A stretch of 64,000 bases of DNA, from positions 43,958,001 to 44,022,000 of the forward strand of contig NC_047021.1 of the NCBI RefSeq assembly GCF_902652985.1, read 5' to 3'. Shown piece after piece: positions 13,202-25,993 of the stretch. A program made the translations under genes and the position numbers. The stretch's first letter is position 1. Every line of letters begins with the position of its first letter. The notes under the pieces were generated by a model. That model searched no databases. It was not told the origin of the DNA and saw only the letters and a program-made list of their open reading frames with translations. This DNA comes from Pecten maximus. Its lineage: Eukaryota.

Positions 13202-14851
13202 GGTTTGGTTTGGTTTATTTTGTTTAACGTCCTATTATAACAGCCAGGGTCATTTAAGGGGTGTATCTCTGAACGCCAACATTTTGAATTTACATGTAGG
13301 GCAGTTTGTTTTGATAGTGATTATAGTCTTTTTCCAAAAAGGAGTCTCAATGCCAACAGGTAAATTTACCTGTAAAAGTTTCCTGTTGATACTCACTTGT
13401 AGGTAAATTGAAGGATTTTAAATTAAACATCATGTACTTTTTTTTTTTTAAATTTTATAGATCATTTCTAAAAAAAAAATGCAATACAATATTATATTTG
13501 TGAACATGATTTTTATGTAAAAAAATATTATTTTAATTTATCAAAGTCTTAAAATTAAAGTCTTAAATTATAACTGTTTTTTTTTCCAAAAAATGTTTAA
13601 TGAGATAAATGAAATAGTTAAATATATGCAGCTTTATATAGAAAAGTGTGTCCAAACAGCAATATACGTATAGGTTGAGTGCACATTCGTTGAATTTTGA
13701 TACTGGTAGATACTCCATGTGAAAATAATTAAGTTGTAGATGAAAATCATCTTATATTGTTGGTTGTGTCAAACTTATTCAGAATCAAGAGTTACAATAT
13801 ATCAATTCATACTTTTATCACCGACCATCGGTTTACAAAATAACGGAACTACAATAGTATTAACTTTAAGGAGTTTTGGAAGATATTGATTCATGCTACG
13901 CTTTGGAGAAAATCACTTTTGAATAGCTAATATATCATTTATATTTGCCATCTTTTTAACGTAATGTATTTTTGTCTTGTTGTTTACAAATACAAGATGC
14001 TTATGCAAAGCGTACGATTTTCAAATGAACTCCATTTCGATATTACATTAACAGTTTCTTTGGAATTTTTGAAAATAAATATTAAGAGAAGATGTTTTCC
14101 TACTTTTCAATTTCCTACTTTTCAAAACGTGATTATGTATTTACTCATTACTGAAAAACATAAAATATTAGTTTTTCTTATTAAATCATGATAATTGTAC
14201 ATATTGTATTTTGAATGAAATTTACAGATTTTTGTCACAAGAAACTGAAAAAGCTTATCCAAAATCTAATTGGCTAGAGTTTGTAAAACAGAAACTTTTT
14301 GAACTTGGATTGGGTTTTACATGGGTGAGACTTAATCCTCAGTTTATTACCCTTGATCAAACAACGTTTAGAGGATCAAGCTAAGTAAATTATATTTAAC
14401 TCTTTGAATATTTCTAGTAAATGTGATCTGTATAAGTATATAGACAAAAAAATGATGTTATTACATGGTACATTGTATCATATATTTGTTGCTATTTGTT
14501 GAATGTGGGCATGTACAAAAAGTTGGAAAAAATATAATTCTGATATATGCCTAGTGAAACACAGGTAAATCTCAGGTGACTGTACAGGTAAAAAAGGACA
14601 ACTTATATGAAACAGTATATAATTGCATCCCCATTGTTTCCTGAAACAACACCTATCTATTGTTAAAAAAAAATGTTGGCGTTCAGAGAACACCTCCATT
14701 TAAGGACGTGCCAGGTTTTGGAGGTGGAGGAAGGCCGGAGTACCCGGAGAAAAACCACCGGCCTACGGTCAGTACCAGGCAACTTCCCCACGTAGGTTTC
14801 GAACTCGCAACCCAGAGGGGGAGGGCTAGTGATAAAGTGTCGGGACACCTT
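13202..14851 (-). mobile_element. V-domain SINE copy split in two (13202-13258 tail; 14697-14851 body) by a DNA transposon
   Basis: Joining the two halves restores the sequence of the intact copy at 34065-34296 (...CAGCCAGGGTCATTTAAGGACGTGCCAGG...). Confidence 0.85.
13259..14696. mobile_element. Non-autonomous DNA transposon (~1.44 kb, ~27-bp TIRs) nested in a SINE
   Basis: The left end GGGTGTATCTCTGAACGCCAACATTTT and the right end AAAATGTTGGCGTTCAGAGAACACCTC are inverted repeats. They are flanked by duplicated CATTTAA(GG), a 7-9 bp TSD with an ambiguous boundary. Confidence 0.8.
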
Positions 14852-15329
14852 AACTTTGTCAATCTAGGATATGTAGTCAAAAACATTACCATTTGAACCA
14901 ATAAGCTTTTGATACAAACCACGTACCAAATTTGGAGTTAACATCGGCAATGACTTATAATAATGTATTTTGAAGTTCATGGTATCGGTTAGTTAACGAA
15001 TAAATAAATTCGATTTGGCTTCGACAAGGAATACTTCTTTTTGTTGAGAATGTTTTTTGTCTTTTTTTTTTTATCGCAAAAAGGCACTTACATTCACTAG
15101 CGCAAACCATGCCGTTCATGGATTTAGTCTTTATCAGAGGCAACTGACAAGTTCCATTTTGTGCAGCCCGAATGAAGTTTGTTTAAAGTGGACATGGTTC
15201 CCTCAGTAGTGGCTGACAATATTAACATTATTATAATTACTTTTGGCAAAAGCTTTTGAATTTAAGATGAAAAATTCTTTTTCTGTCATTATGTTAGACG
15301 ATCATTGTTTATTTACACTTAAGATTAAA

Positions 15330-15745
15330 CATTTGTTTGTTTTCAGGGTTTATCGCCCCGTGAACAGCCAATGTCATGTTGAGGCGGGGGGCTCCGTGTT
15401 GTAGTTGGTGACTACCTCACAGAAAAAGACACAAGAGACCAGTCATCTCTACCGCGGTGTCTTGTTAGCATAAAGATAACGATTTCCATTTTGAGGCGGG
15501 GCACCGTGTAGTAGTTGGTGACTACATCACTGAACAACATACGAGAGGCTCGTCGCATACCATCATGAGCAATAAGGGTAATGTGTCTTGCCCAAGGACA
15601 CAACCACGACAGCACAGACCTGACCGTTTCTAAACTTCCCGATAAACATGCACAAGCCAACACGGAGCGTCAAACAACGCGGCTATCGATTTTCAGCGGA
15701 TATTACGTAGGCGGCGCTCTAAACGACTGAGCTATCGCGGTTTAT
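15330..15745 (-). mobile_element. CORE-type tRNA-derived SINE (with internal partial duplication)
   Basis: The minus strand has head GATAGCTCAGTCG, CORE-like GTGTCCTTGGGCAAGACAC and a (CAAA)n tail. It is homologous to 31810-32060 and 38962-39250. Confidence 0.8.
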
Positions 15746-16329
15746 CTTAAAGACCTTATTCCTTTTACGCTAAAGGTCAAAGCATTATACGTTAAGGTTA
15801 AAAACAAGAAATATTTTTTAAAAAGATAAACGGCATAGTTTTAACGCTGGTGATTATAATGTAAAACTGCTGGGGGGAAAATTAACGAACAAATGCGTTT
15901 CAGAACGAATAACAAAATTATATCAGTTTGAATCATTTTTGGTGATAATAAGACTGCATTTGAATCAGGAATATAATTTTATTAATGTGTCATTTGAAAA
16001 GAAACATGCACTTATTCAGCTTGCATTCAATCTTAACTTTGTTTCGTTTTTAACTGCATATCAGCATTTTGCATCTACCGCTACATTGACCAATCACATA
16101 CTTTATCTTGACCAGTAACGCCACCTGTCGCGTCATATCCGGGACCAAAAGAATATTATACGGCTATGCCGAAAAAACAAACTACGATGGCCGATTGAGG
16201 ACACCAAAACAATTAAACGAGTTAGTATATCGTTATAACGTCTTAATGCGTTAACTATTAACTATATCTATGCCTATAGGATATTACCCAACTTCAACAA
16301 ATTGAAGATAACTAGCAAAATTGAGAGAT

Positions 16330-17555
16330 AAAAAAAATACTGGTTTAAAATGAATACATTTTTTGGTTTACTGATATGATTGAAGAATAGCTGATTTGAA
16401 AGAATCTAGAGAATCAAAGGATGTAATTTGTGGTGATAAAGCATTTCAGACGGTGATTGTTCTGGGAAAGAAAGAGAATTTTCTAATGTATGGAAATTGA
16501 TATGATTGAAAGTGGGAATTCTGTGAGAAAAACACATGACTTGAATAAAAGTTTTTCTTTACCGCCATTAGGTCATGCTTGGTTGAAAAATGATGCAAGC
16601 CTTGTGTCTTTTCGTCTATTTGCTAAAGAGCGCCACTCTAGGATGTTAACATAACTCCAACGCTATAGTCGTTTATACATTTATTGGAGAAAGAATGGGA
16701 AGCTCTGAGTTCAACCTTATTTATGTAATTTTTCAAGTATGGATCCAAGACAGAACTAGCATACTCTAAGATTGGTCTTACTAAGGAGAAGTATGTTTGC
16801 GTTTTGACTTTCTTGGAACCTATTTTGATATTTCTTCTTAAAAAGCCCAGGTTTGAGTTTGCCTTTGCACAGATATTACTAATATGTGCTTCCTACTTGA
16901 GATTTGACTCGAGAGTTGCTCCAAAGAATTTTGCTTCTGTTACATGATTGAGTTCCTTTCCATGTATTTTGTAAGAGAAATGCTGTGGGTTTTTATGGAT
17001 GGAGATTGATAGGATTTATGAGGATGTAATGACATATCCCACCGACTTTCTCAGAGTGTCAACTTGTCTAGGCTTTCTGTAAGCTATCTGAATCTGACTT
17101 AGAACTTACTGTCAGATACATGATGGTCAACAAAAAAGCCAAACAGTTAATCTAGAGTTAGGGTTATTGGGGATGTCATTTGTATATAGAAGAAAAAGTA
17201 TGGGCCGATGACAGAGCCTTGAGGCACTCCACATGTTAGTTTGAAGGGTTCAATTTTTGGCCACTCATAAATATACACTGTTTTCTGTATGTAAACTTTC
17301 TATCCAGATGTTGACTAAATAGTTTCTAAGCTCGTAACAGAGTAGAAAAAAAGGTCAACAATGAGGACATCGCCTGCTCTCCGTCATCTACAGTCTATGA
17401 AAGCTGAATCTCGCATTATCTTAATTTGAGAAAAACGTGTCGGAGTGGGTAAATGATGTTTATGTTGTCAGCATAGTTCATAATGATGGATACTATAATG
17501 TGTTCTAGGATTTTACAGCATGCATAGGTTAATGTCATTGGCCTATAATTGTTAG
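16330..17555 (-). mobile_element. 5'-truncated, degraded CR1/L2-group LINE RT fragment
   Basis: The minus strand gives NPNNYRPMTLTYACCKILEHI, GVPQGSVIGP..NDIP and YFSLVRPILEYASSVLDP, with frameshifts and stops. Confidence 0.85.
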
Positions 17556-20500
17556 GATTGTACTAAGTTCAAAAATTAACACTAAACAGGACAAAGAAGG
17601 AACGGATAAGGAGCGTCGCACACAATTCACCGTTTAAGAAAAGGACTATGTAGTCCGTCCCCGCATCGACCACCGTCTAGTGATAATTTGAACTTAGTCA
17701 TGTTGCTGACGAATACAAAACCATCGTCAAAATGTGTCGACGATATCCCATTTATTTTGGAGTACTATCGATATAATTTTGTTTAGGTTGATTGTTTTTC
17801 TTTTAAAATACAACATTCATGTTTTGATACATTTAGATTAATCGGAGGATAGAATGATTTCAATATATAGTGCGATCATGCCATTTATAGCCAATTTCAT
17901 GAAAAATCGTCGAGTGTGTTACCTATATCCATATATGATTTTATATTAAGTGTTTTTTTTTAGTTTTTGGTGTAGATCTTCAATAGGCTATGTGTCGATA
18001 ATATAACTTGAACGGAACACAACACTAATATGCAAAAACCTACTCCGAAACCGGCCATGGAGACGCCATTTTTGTGTTTCCGAGTCCATACATGTGACGT
18101 AGGTTCCTACACCTGTAAAATTAGATAAAATACTGAAATTCAAAATACTCATTACATAGGCTTTTCATAGTTACGAGTATATAGTATACTTTAAACATAT
18201 CCTTGCTCAATCAATTTAAAGCCACAATCGTGAATAAACTTTGATACTGTTGTATCTCCAAAAAATGCAATACCATCAAATGTAATAACGGGACGCTAAA
18301 AGAGTTTATATTTATGCCAATCAGTATTTGGCAAAATCAGTTTGTATGAAAATTTGAGAAATTTATCGCAGTTGACTAGCCAACGAACGTTTGGTCTGAA
18401 TGGAAACGCTCGTGCACTTTTCCCATGTCGTCTGTGTCAAGACAAGCCTGGAATAAGTCTACACGGGTTAGCCACACGCTTACCTTTGTATGGTTAACTA
18501 ACAAGCCTATGTATTTTGTGTGCATTGTAAAACTAAAGAATTCAGAGAATTCAGAAAAAAAATCAATATGAAAAGGCTCAAATTAGACAGTTTTCTAGTA
18601 TATTTTTCATGAAAATTGTCAATACAACAATATTTTGACCATTTGAACAGAAAACAAGCCAGGCACGACATAGATAAACACTAATACAATGATATTATTG
18701 TAACTGTGTCACAAAACATATTTTAGATAAGCTCTCTGAATTCCGTAAATTCTGATTATATACCAATTATAACAAAATCATTGTATCTAATTTAGATGTT
18801 TTTATATTGAAATATCTATTTTTTCATGTTTGTGTAACTATCCCTTGACAAATAAACGACATCAAAACATTTGAGGGGGGTTCATCATTGATTAAAAATC
18901 GTTTTGTTATTTCTCAAATCTTACTCGGCACAAGTGTATTGAAGCACCCTAGCCAGAAGAAGCATACTCAAGATACATCTATATGTAAATTGGATGGCAT
19001 TCAGCTTGTGTCTAAAAACGTGACTTTAGAAGAATTAATATGTGTGAAAAACCTTTGTTCCAAATATATACAGAAGTGCCGTTATGGTTACAACGTTTGT
19101 CGTACATTGAACATCACATTGAAGCTCCCACTAGCATTGAGGAAGTAATTCACCAAGTGGAATCTATATTTCAATATACCAATGTATTACAAACATTAAA
19201 ATAGTCAAAAGTAAAATAGACACAATTCTGGTTAATTTAAGTTTACATTGTAGTAAGCATTGACATTATCATTAGTATGAAATATGTTCGGCTCTGGGAA
19301 ATAATAGTTAACTTAACCTCCACAGCAACCCTCAAGCCAAATATTAAAACGCTAGCTAGTACAATTATCAAGGCGTTTGCTGATGCATTCCAACACTCGA
19401 ACCAGTGAATTAATATTTATAAATCAATGTTGGGGCTGATACAAGGGTAACGACATAAAACCCCCTCTCTTGGGAGAGACTACTATGCAGTACTTTACCA
19501 TGACAGATAATTTAATATGTCATAAATATTTTATATATGCAAAGTTTCTTTGCAATTTAAGAGAAACAACGACATTTGTCACGAGATGTACTTTGTTTTA
19601 AACCCTCATGCATCACTTACCTGTAACTTAATTTAACCCTGGTTGTTACAGCAATACAAGTCGGTATTTCTGAATTTTGATTACACCAAGTCATTTTTTT
19701 TTCAAATGTGATGTAAGCATTGAATATTAATAATTCTCTGCGCTTAATTCAAATAAAAACATGTTAATTACTTTTAACAGTTGTATAATTTAATTAGATT
19801 AAACATACAGTACATGCAATATCACGATGTATCTATCATGCTGTGAAATAATAAAAAAAAAAGGTAAATAATCACCTACCTACCCTACTCACCTACATAC
19901 CTGCTTGCTTACTTACCTTCCCAAGTTCATAATTCTGAGCAAGAATAGGACAAACGATATTTTAATCAAGGCTCTATATCCCTTATGACGTCAAATGAAG
20001 CTTTCTCAAATTTCTCATCTTTTCTGCAAGTAAACTGGCCAAGCCAGTGATAATTGTTATGTATTTGACAAATCAAGACAAAGTTAGGATATTTCTCTAT
20101 CATATGTAAACAAATTACTATGGCCAACCAAAGTAAGATAAATCGGAAATGGTTTCTTCACACACAAACATATTTACCTGAGTTGCAGGGTAGACACAAA
20201 AATATAGGGTCGGTAGGGTTAGGCCTAAGCTAAAAACTATCAAACGTGAAAAAGCCTCTACCCGACTTGCAGACGTACCAGCTTATTAAAGTTGATATGT
20301 GACTTTCGTTTTCATATTCAACTCAAAATCATATTTTCGACATTCTCATAATTAATTTGGTGTGGGGTATTTTAACCATCTCTTGGACAGTAAATAATCT
20401 TTTGATCAGTGATTTGAAGTTGAAATTTCAATTAGTTTGAATTCGTTCAAGGCTTGATCTAAGTTTAAGAGTAGGAAAATATCATGGGCGTCATTTGTTG

Positions 20501-21325
20501 GGACTTGAAGAGTTTTAACAGAGACGTGGAAAAATATCTAAAATGGTGGTCGTCACCAACGTAAAAAATATCAAGATGTCCATTCCTACTTTCATTGACT
20601 TTATTGGACTGTCTATTGTCCAGCTTGACCAGAAAACATACTTTCTTACAAAAAGACCCATCAAAATGCTATATTCGAGCTAGTGATGTGATAATATTGA
20701 AAGCATGGTAGCAGTACCCAGTAGGATTGCCTGGCTGTGGTCACTTATTAACTGTTCATGAACAATGAAGTGGCTGATAGAGAATCATCTTGGATTTTCA
20801 CAATTAAAGCTCGCACACTAAGTGGTATACATTTCACTTGCATTACTCCTGCTTTAGTGCATCACAATTTCTCTATCGGTTTTTAAAATGATATAGAGCA
20901 ATTTTTAGTTTAATCCTTACCTCAAGTTGTTCATGTTTAATTTTGGCGCTGAACAGAAATAGAAGATTTCTGTATGAAGAGGACAAAAATACAGAAAAAA
21001 TCCGATTCATATACAGTACTAGTACCCAGGTAAAACCAAAATGCTATAGCATCATACACTTGTGGGCGTCAAAATCTCTCCGAGATATGTGTTATATTAT
21101 GAAAACTGTTTCAGGATTATTCACAAAATTGTTATAACTTACAAAGTATTCAATTGATATAATATTAGCTATTTTGATAACTAAAGTACTTTATCAACCT
21201 TTGAAGAGCTCACAGGATCATCCATGGCTGAAAGACCGAGCCCTAATTTTGGAAACAGTAGAGAAGACGTCGGGAATTTTCACTCAATATAATTATAGAG
21301 TTGGAGGACTAATAGCAAAATGTCT

Positions 21326-21422
21326 CAGATGGTACATTTAGGCATTGAACGACTTTCAGTTGGCATTCATATTGACTATGAATGCCAACTGAAAGCCGTT
21401 CAATGCTTATATTTACCATCTG
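21326..21422. repeat. Long imperfect palindrome (~46-bp arms), probably a MITE
   Basis: Arms CAGATGGTACATTTAGGCATTGAACGACTTTCAGTTGGCATTCATA and TATGAATGCCAACTGAAAGCCGTTCAATGCTTATATTTACCATCTG surround a 5-nt loop. Confidence 0.8.
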
Positions 21423-22032
21423 CGATTTTTTATTTATCGTGCGATTTTTTTCTGAAATTTTCAAATTCAAATTTCAGTTGGCAGTTCATAAGCTGATGAA
21501 CTCGCAACTGAATTGGTAGGGTTATATAGTGGCAGTGCCATACAATGGTAAATATAAAGTAATACATATTGTACTTTATATGTGAAGCTGGGAATAAATT
21601 GAAATATTTTTTTTTTTCATATCTGTCACACTTTTTTTGTCATCACTCTAGTAGCTGTTTGACCGACATATTTAGTTTTAATGAAACTTCAAAGGTATGT
21701 TTGCAAGGAACATACTTTGGTCAAATTTGACTACCAGTAGTATTAGCATCAGCTTAGTCAAGCAATGTCATTGACACTATCACAGGTTTATATTGCCGTC
21801 ACCATTTGACATATTTACTGATTTTTTTTTTCAAGACTTGACTGTGGTATGGGCGAAATCGGTCATTGATGGTCAAGGTCATTGAACAAAGTCGGAGTAT
21901 AGTATTAAAAATGTGTACGATCAGTTACACATATTATTCTCTACCCTTGCTACTCTTGTATTTCAGTATTTGATTCTTGTCTGTCAGGAGATCTCTCCTT
22001 TCAGACTATAACAGATTGCTTTGAAGTTGGTA

Positions 22033-22358
22033 GACATTTTGAATGGTGATATATTGTAGCATTCTCCTGACATTTTGAATGGTGATATATTGTAGCACTC
22101 TCCTGACATTTTGAATGGTGATATATTGTAGCACTCTCCTGACATTTTGAATGGTGATATATTGTAGCACTCTCCTGACATTTTGAATGGTGATATATTG
22201 TAGCATTCTCCTGACATTTTGAATGGTGATATATTGTAGCACTCTCCTGACATTTTGAATGGTGATATATTGTAGCACTCTCCTGACATTTTGAATGGTG
22301 ATATATTGTAGCATTCTCCTGACATTTTGAATGGTGATATATTGTAGCACTCTCCTGA
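22033..22358. repeat. 36-bp minisatellite, 9 near-identical copies
   Basis: Unit GACATTTTGAATGGTGATATATTGTAGCA(C/T)TCTCCT. Confidence 0.97.
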
Positions 22359-23104
22359 CCAGCGTTTCATTTTGAACTATTTTTACACACGTTATAAACT
22401 AAATAATATGTATTTTAACATGCTGAAAGGGTCATTGCTTTTTCTTATCATTTCAGTACTCTTAACTTTGTATACATCTTGCAGTATTTTGTTTAAAAAT
22501 TGTATTTCAGTATTTGTGTGTATCAATACAAGAATTAAAAATACAAACTGACTGGGAAAAGACACCGACTAATCGTCTTTGTTGTGACGGGAACTAGAGG
22601 TAACTCATCAAAAGTAAAGTGAACGGTTCTTTATTTATTTATTTATTTAACGGGTTTTACGTTCACTATTAAGGCCTTGCGGTCTTTCAGCTGAGGAGCA
22701 GTGAACGGAGTCTGCAGCCCTTTATATAGAGTCCCGGCTGCATAGAGTGGCGCAAGATGGCAGAGGATGGCGTAGTGTTGCTGTTGAATGTGGTATTATT
22801 ATTGTATGACTGCACTGAAAGTGGAAAAATTGGAACAAATGTGGGAAATGAGACAAAGGTTTAAGTTTATATATTTTTGTTTTGTGAAAACAAGAAAGAA
22901 TTGGCAATGTTACTAGAAGGAAGATCGGCGTGTCTTGACGTAAGAGAATTGTGTCTAAGACAGAGTTGTAGTGGAACGGAGGAGTGATATGTTGGTGTAT
23001 GATGAATACCTTTGTTAGTGTATTGTATTAGAGGTGGTTCTAGTGGCCCTGTTCACGTTTATTTGTTGTCGTCTGCAGTCCACGTGGCAAATATGACTGA
23101 CTGT

Positions 23105-23310
23105 GGATGCAACAGTTACCCTTGGACATTACTCCCTAGTGGTGTCATAGTAAAGAGTTGGTGTATTTGGTAGGATACAACAGTTACCCTTGGACATTGC
23201 ACCCTTGTGGTGTCATGATAAAGTGTTGGTTTATCTAGTAGGATACAACAGTTACCCTTGGACATTGCTCCCTAGTGGTGTCATGGTAAAAAGTTGGTGT
23301 ATCTAGTAGT
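23105..23310. repeat. ~67-bp tandem repeat, 3 copies
   Basis: GGATACAACAGTTACCCTTGGACATTG..GTGGTGTCAT..GTTGGTGTATCTAGTA, repeated three times. Confidence 0.85.
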
Positions 23311-23825
23311 ATTCCGATCGTTTCAAGTTTGTAGAGTGATTGGAAGTTGAAATGGCGTGCTACTGTACTGCCTCTGTGTTGTCTCATGTGGAAAACGGAA
23401 TCTAAGTTCATGTTTAATTTCCCCAATGTATTATTTGTATTTTAGACTAAGAGCAGGTTATCAGGTAAACCAGGATGTGGAGAATGTAGCGACATTGAGG
23501 TCCGCATAATTCTAAATACAGATGTACAATAGCATTTGCCGATGAAACATTTACAATGCAGAGTTTGTACAATTGCATTATTTGAAATCAATGTAGGCCT
23601 TAATGAAGTGCGTATTGTTGCCAATTAAGAGACCTTTCGGCTATGTATTCCAGTGAAGGCTGTTTTTATAACGACAATCTAACAGTAACGAAAACTGTAT
23701 CCTAATCATGCTTAGTTAGCAGAATCTGGCTTCTTTAAAAAGTGCCATAGCTTAATTGAAAGCTTGTTCGTTTTTGTGGTTTTAATTGGAAGGCATTGGT
23801 TGTCGCCTGTTTTGCGTTTCCAGTC

Positions 23826-24041
23826 ACCAGTGGTTACCGAGTGGATTAGGTTTCACAACACTTTATCACTAGCCCTCCACCTCTAGGTTGCGAGTTCGAA
23901 ACCTACGTGGGGCAGTTGCAAGGTACTGACCGTAGGTCGGTGTTTTTTCTCCGGGTACTCCGGCTTTCCTCCACCTTCAAATCCTGGCACGTCCTTATAA
24001 ATGATCCTGGCTGTTAATAGGACGTTAAAGAAACCAAACCA
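23826..24041 (+). mobile_element. V-domain tRNA-derived SINE
   Basis: B-box GAGTTCGAAACC, V-domain-like TTTTCTCCGGGTACTCCGGCTTTCCTCC and tail GGACGTTAAAGAAACCAAACC. Confidence 0.88.
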
Positions 24042-25954
24042 GTAAAGACCTGGTTGTCTGAGACAGATGATTGGTTGATAAATACTTACGTTATAAAAAA
24101 AGATCCACATAGCTCCAAAATGACATCAAAATTTCAATTCAACAGACCGTAAGGTCCAATAATAGAATTGACAACAACATGTAAATTAATTGTAATATAG
24201 TCACAAAGAAAAAAGAAATGATTTCATAAAATAGATAGCAACAATTGCCTAAAACAGTACTTCTTTCAGCTTTTTCTTAAAAGTTGACAGAGAGTGACAC
24301 AGAATGTCTATATTGTAAGTGCCCATGAAACATTTAAATATGTTTGACTTCTCATAAAAAGGCTGAATTTACGAACATTAAATTTGCTAAATGAGTTGTA
24401 AAATAACGATTTTGCACTCTTCCTAAGATGTCGACTATGTATATGTAAGATACAGAAATGATCACTGATTTGAGACTGATTGGAACCTAAGATGGCCAAC
24501 AGGTAGCCATTTTGAATTTTGTCAAGTAAAGATTGTTAAAGCTATTTCTCAGAAAATTTTTCATTAATATTTTTTATTAAATATATTTTTGCTGTTACTT
24601 TTAATATAAGTAACCAGAGTGGTCAAAATAAAAGATAAAAGTCAGATATAATGATCAACTTTATATTTCCCAACTGGAAGTATTTTATTTAAGTGAATCA
24701 GAATTATTTCAGTTGAAGAACAAAACGCAACATGGTCATCCGTGCAGATTGTGGGTTGAATATTAGGTCAATCGGTAGTCATCTTTTGTAAGAACACCAA
24801 ATGTAAGGCGTGTTCATCATGAACACATTTTTCTAGCCATAAAAAGCAAAATGTTAAAGTTTGTCTTAAAATGTTAAATTGACTAATACAATTATCAAAA
24901 CCACAATGTGCCAATGTATTATTCATTTTTATTAACGTTTATTTCAAGCTTCCCGAATCATCGAGCGCGTTGGTGGGCTCGATGACACAGATGTCTAAAA
25001 TGGTGACCGTGTTATACATTGTTTTTGTAAAAATTTTATTTGTGATAATGTGACCTAATTTCAACCAATCAGGAATTGCTAAAAAATATAATAAAGAAAG
25101 TAATTGCATGGATGTAATATGAATAAAAGCAAAGCCTTAGAAGAACGCAGACCTGACTCGACTCACTCAATGTTAATCAGGAAGGAAACACAGGGACCTG
25201 AGTTGATATTTGGATATCGCATTTTCAGATTTTCATACCATTGTGTGTGTGGTGGTGGGGGGGGGGGGGGGGGGGCGTAACGAAGTGCAATCAACCGTGG
25301 GTCTCCGACGATGACAAAAACTGACATAACAAGGAAAGTGAAGTAATCATTTTTTTCCCGGTACATTGAAATCGCAGTAACCAAGAGCATAATTATTGAG
25401 CCTAACCATAATAACGAATTTACTTTATTCACATACATACATATTGTTTAAAGTAGACATAAAATATAGCTCACGATAATAATCAATATACGTACGTCTT
25501 GGGTATGTGACCATGGTAGCCCGTCAAATACGTTCGTCATCGTAGCTCTATATAATAGAATATAGAGATATCTCTATTTTATACATAAATACAATCTATA
25601 TGTATTCAAAATACAAATACCTCTAATCTGTAATTTTGATACAGATATCTGTATTTTGTCAATCAAAAGATATCTACTCAGTACCAAAGACGTGTATATC
25701 AGATAGCTGATATAGAAATCTACATGTACACGTTTCTGCCAGTACCGATATAAATTGATACAAATATCTGAATAAATGGGTAAACATCCAAATGGCTTGT
25801 CATACAGTAAATAATACCAGAAATAACATATTTCTTTTAGATATAATGCTTATATATTCTAATATGCTTTAAAAAGTAAATGTATGCTGGTCAACCACCC
25901 GAAACCGGACTCTTTATACCGTCTGGTAAACGGAATTCTGGTTTTTACTCCAAG

Positions 25955-25990
25955 CTCTTGACTTCCGGTCTAATTTTCCGGTTTGTCCTC
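25955..25990 (+). promoter_or_regulatory. ETS/GABP-type motifs immediately upstream of the MRPL42 ATG
   Basis: ACTTCCGG and TTTCCGG within ~35 nt of the start codon. These motifs are typical of housekeeping and mitochondrial gene promoters. Confidence 0.45.
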
Positions 25991-25993
25991 AAC

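Noticed and set aside
20205-20230. Telomerase-template-like CTAACCCTA on the minus strand
   Set aside because: It is a single short match inside an apparent inverted-repeat fragment (GGGTCGGTAG/CTACCCGAC), with no other telomerase RNA features.
21984-22370. CRISPR-like array or repeat protein (MSGECYNISPFK)n
   Set aside because: The 36-bp units are contiguous with no unique spacers, there are no cas genes, and the context is eukaryotic.
22628-23820. Possible LINE 3' end on the minus strand with a (TAAA)n tail
   Set aside because: Only a tail and a vague Cys/His remnant are visible, which is too weak to call.
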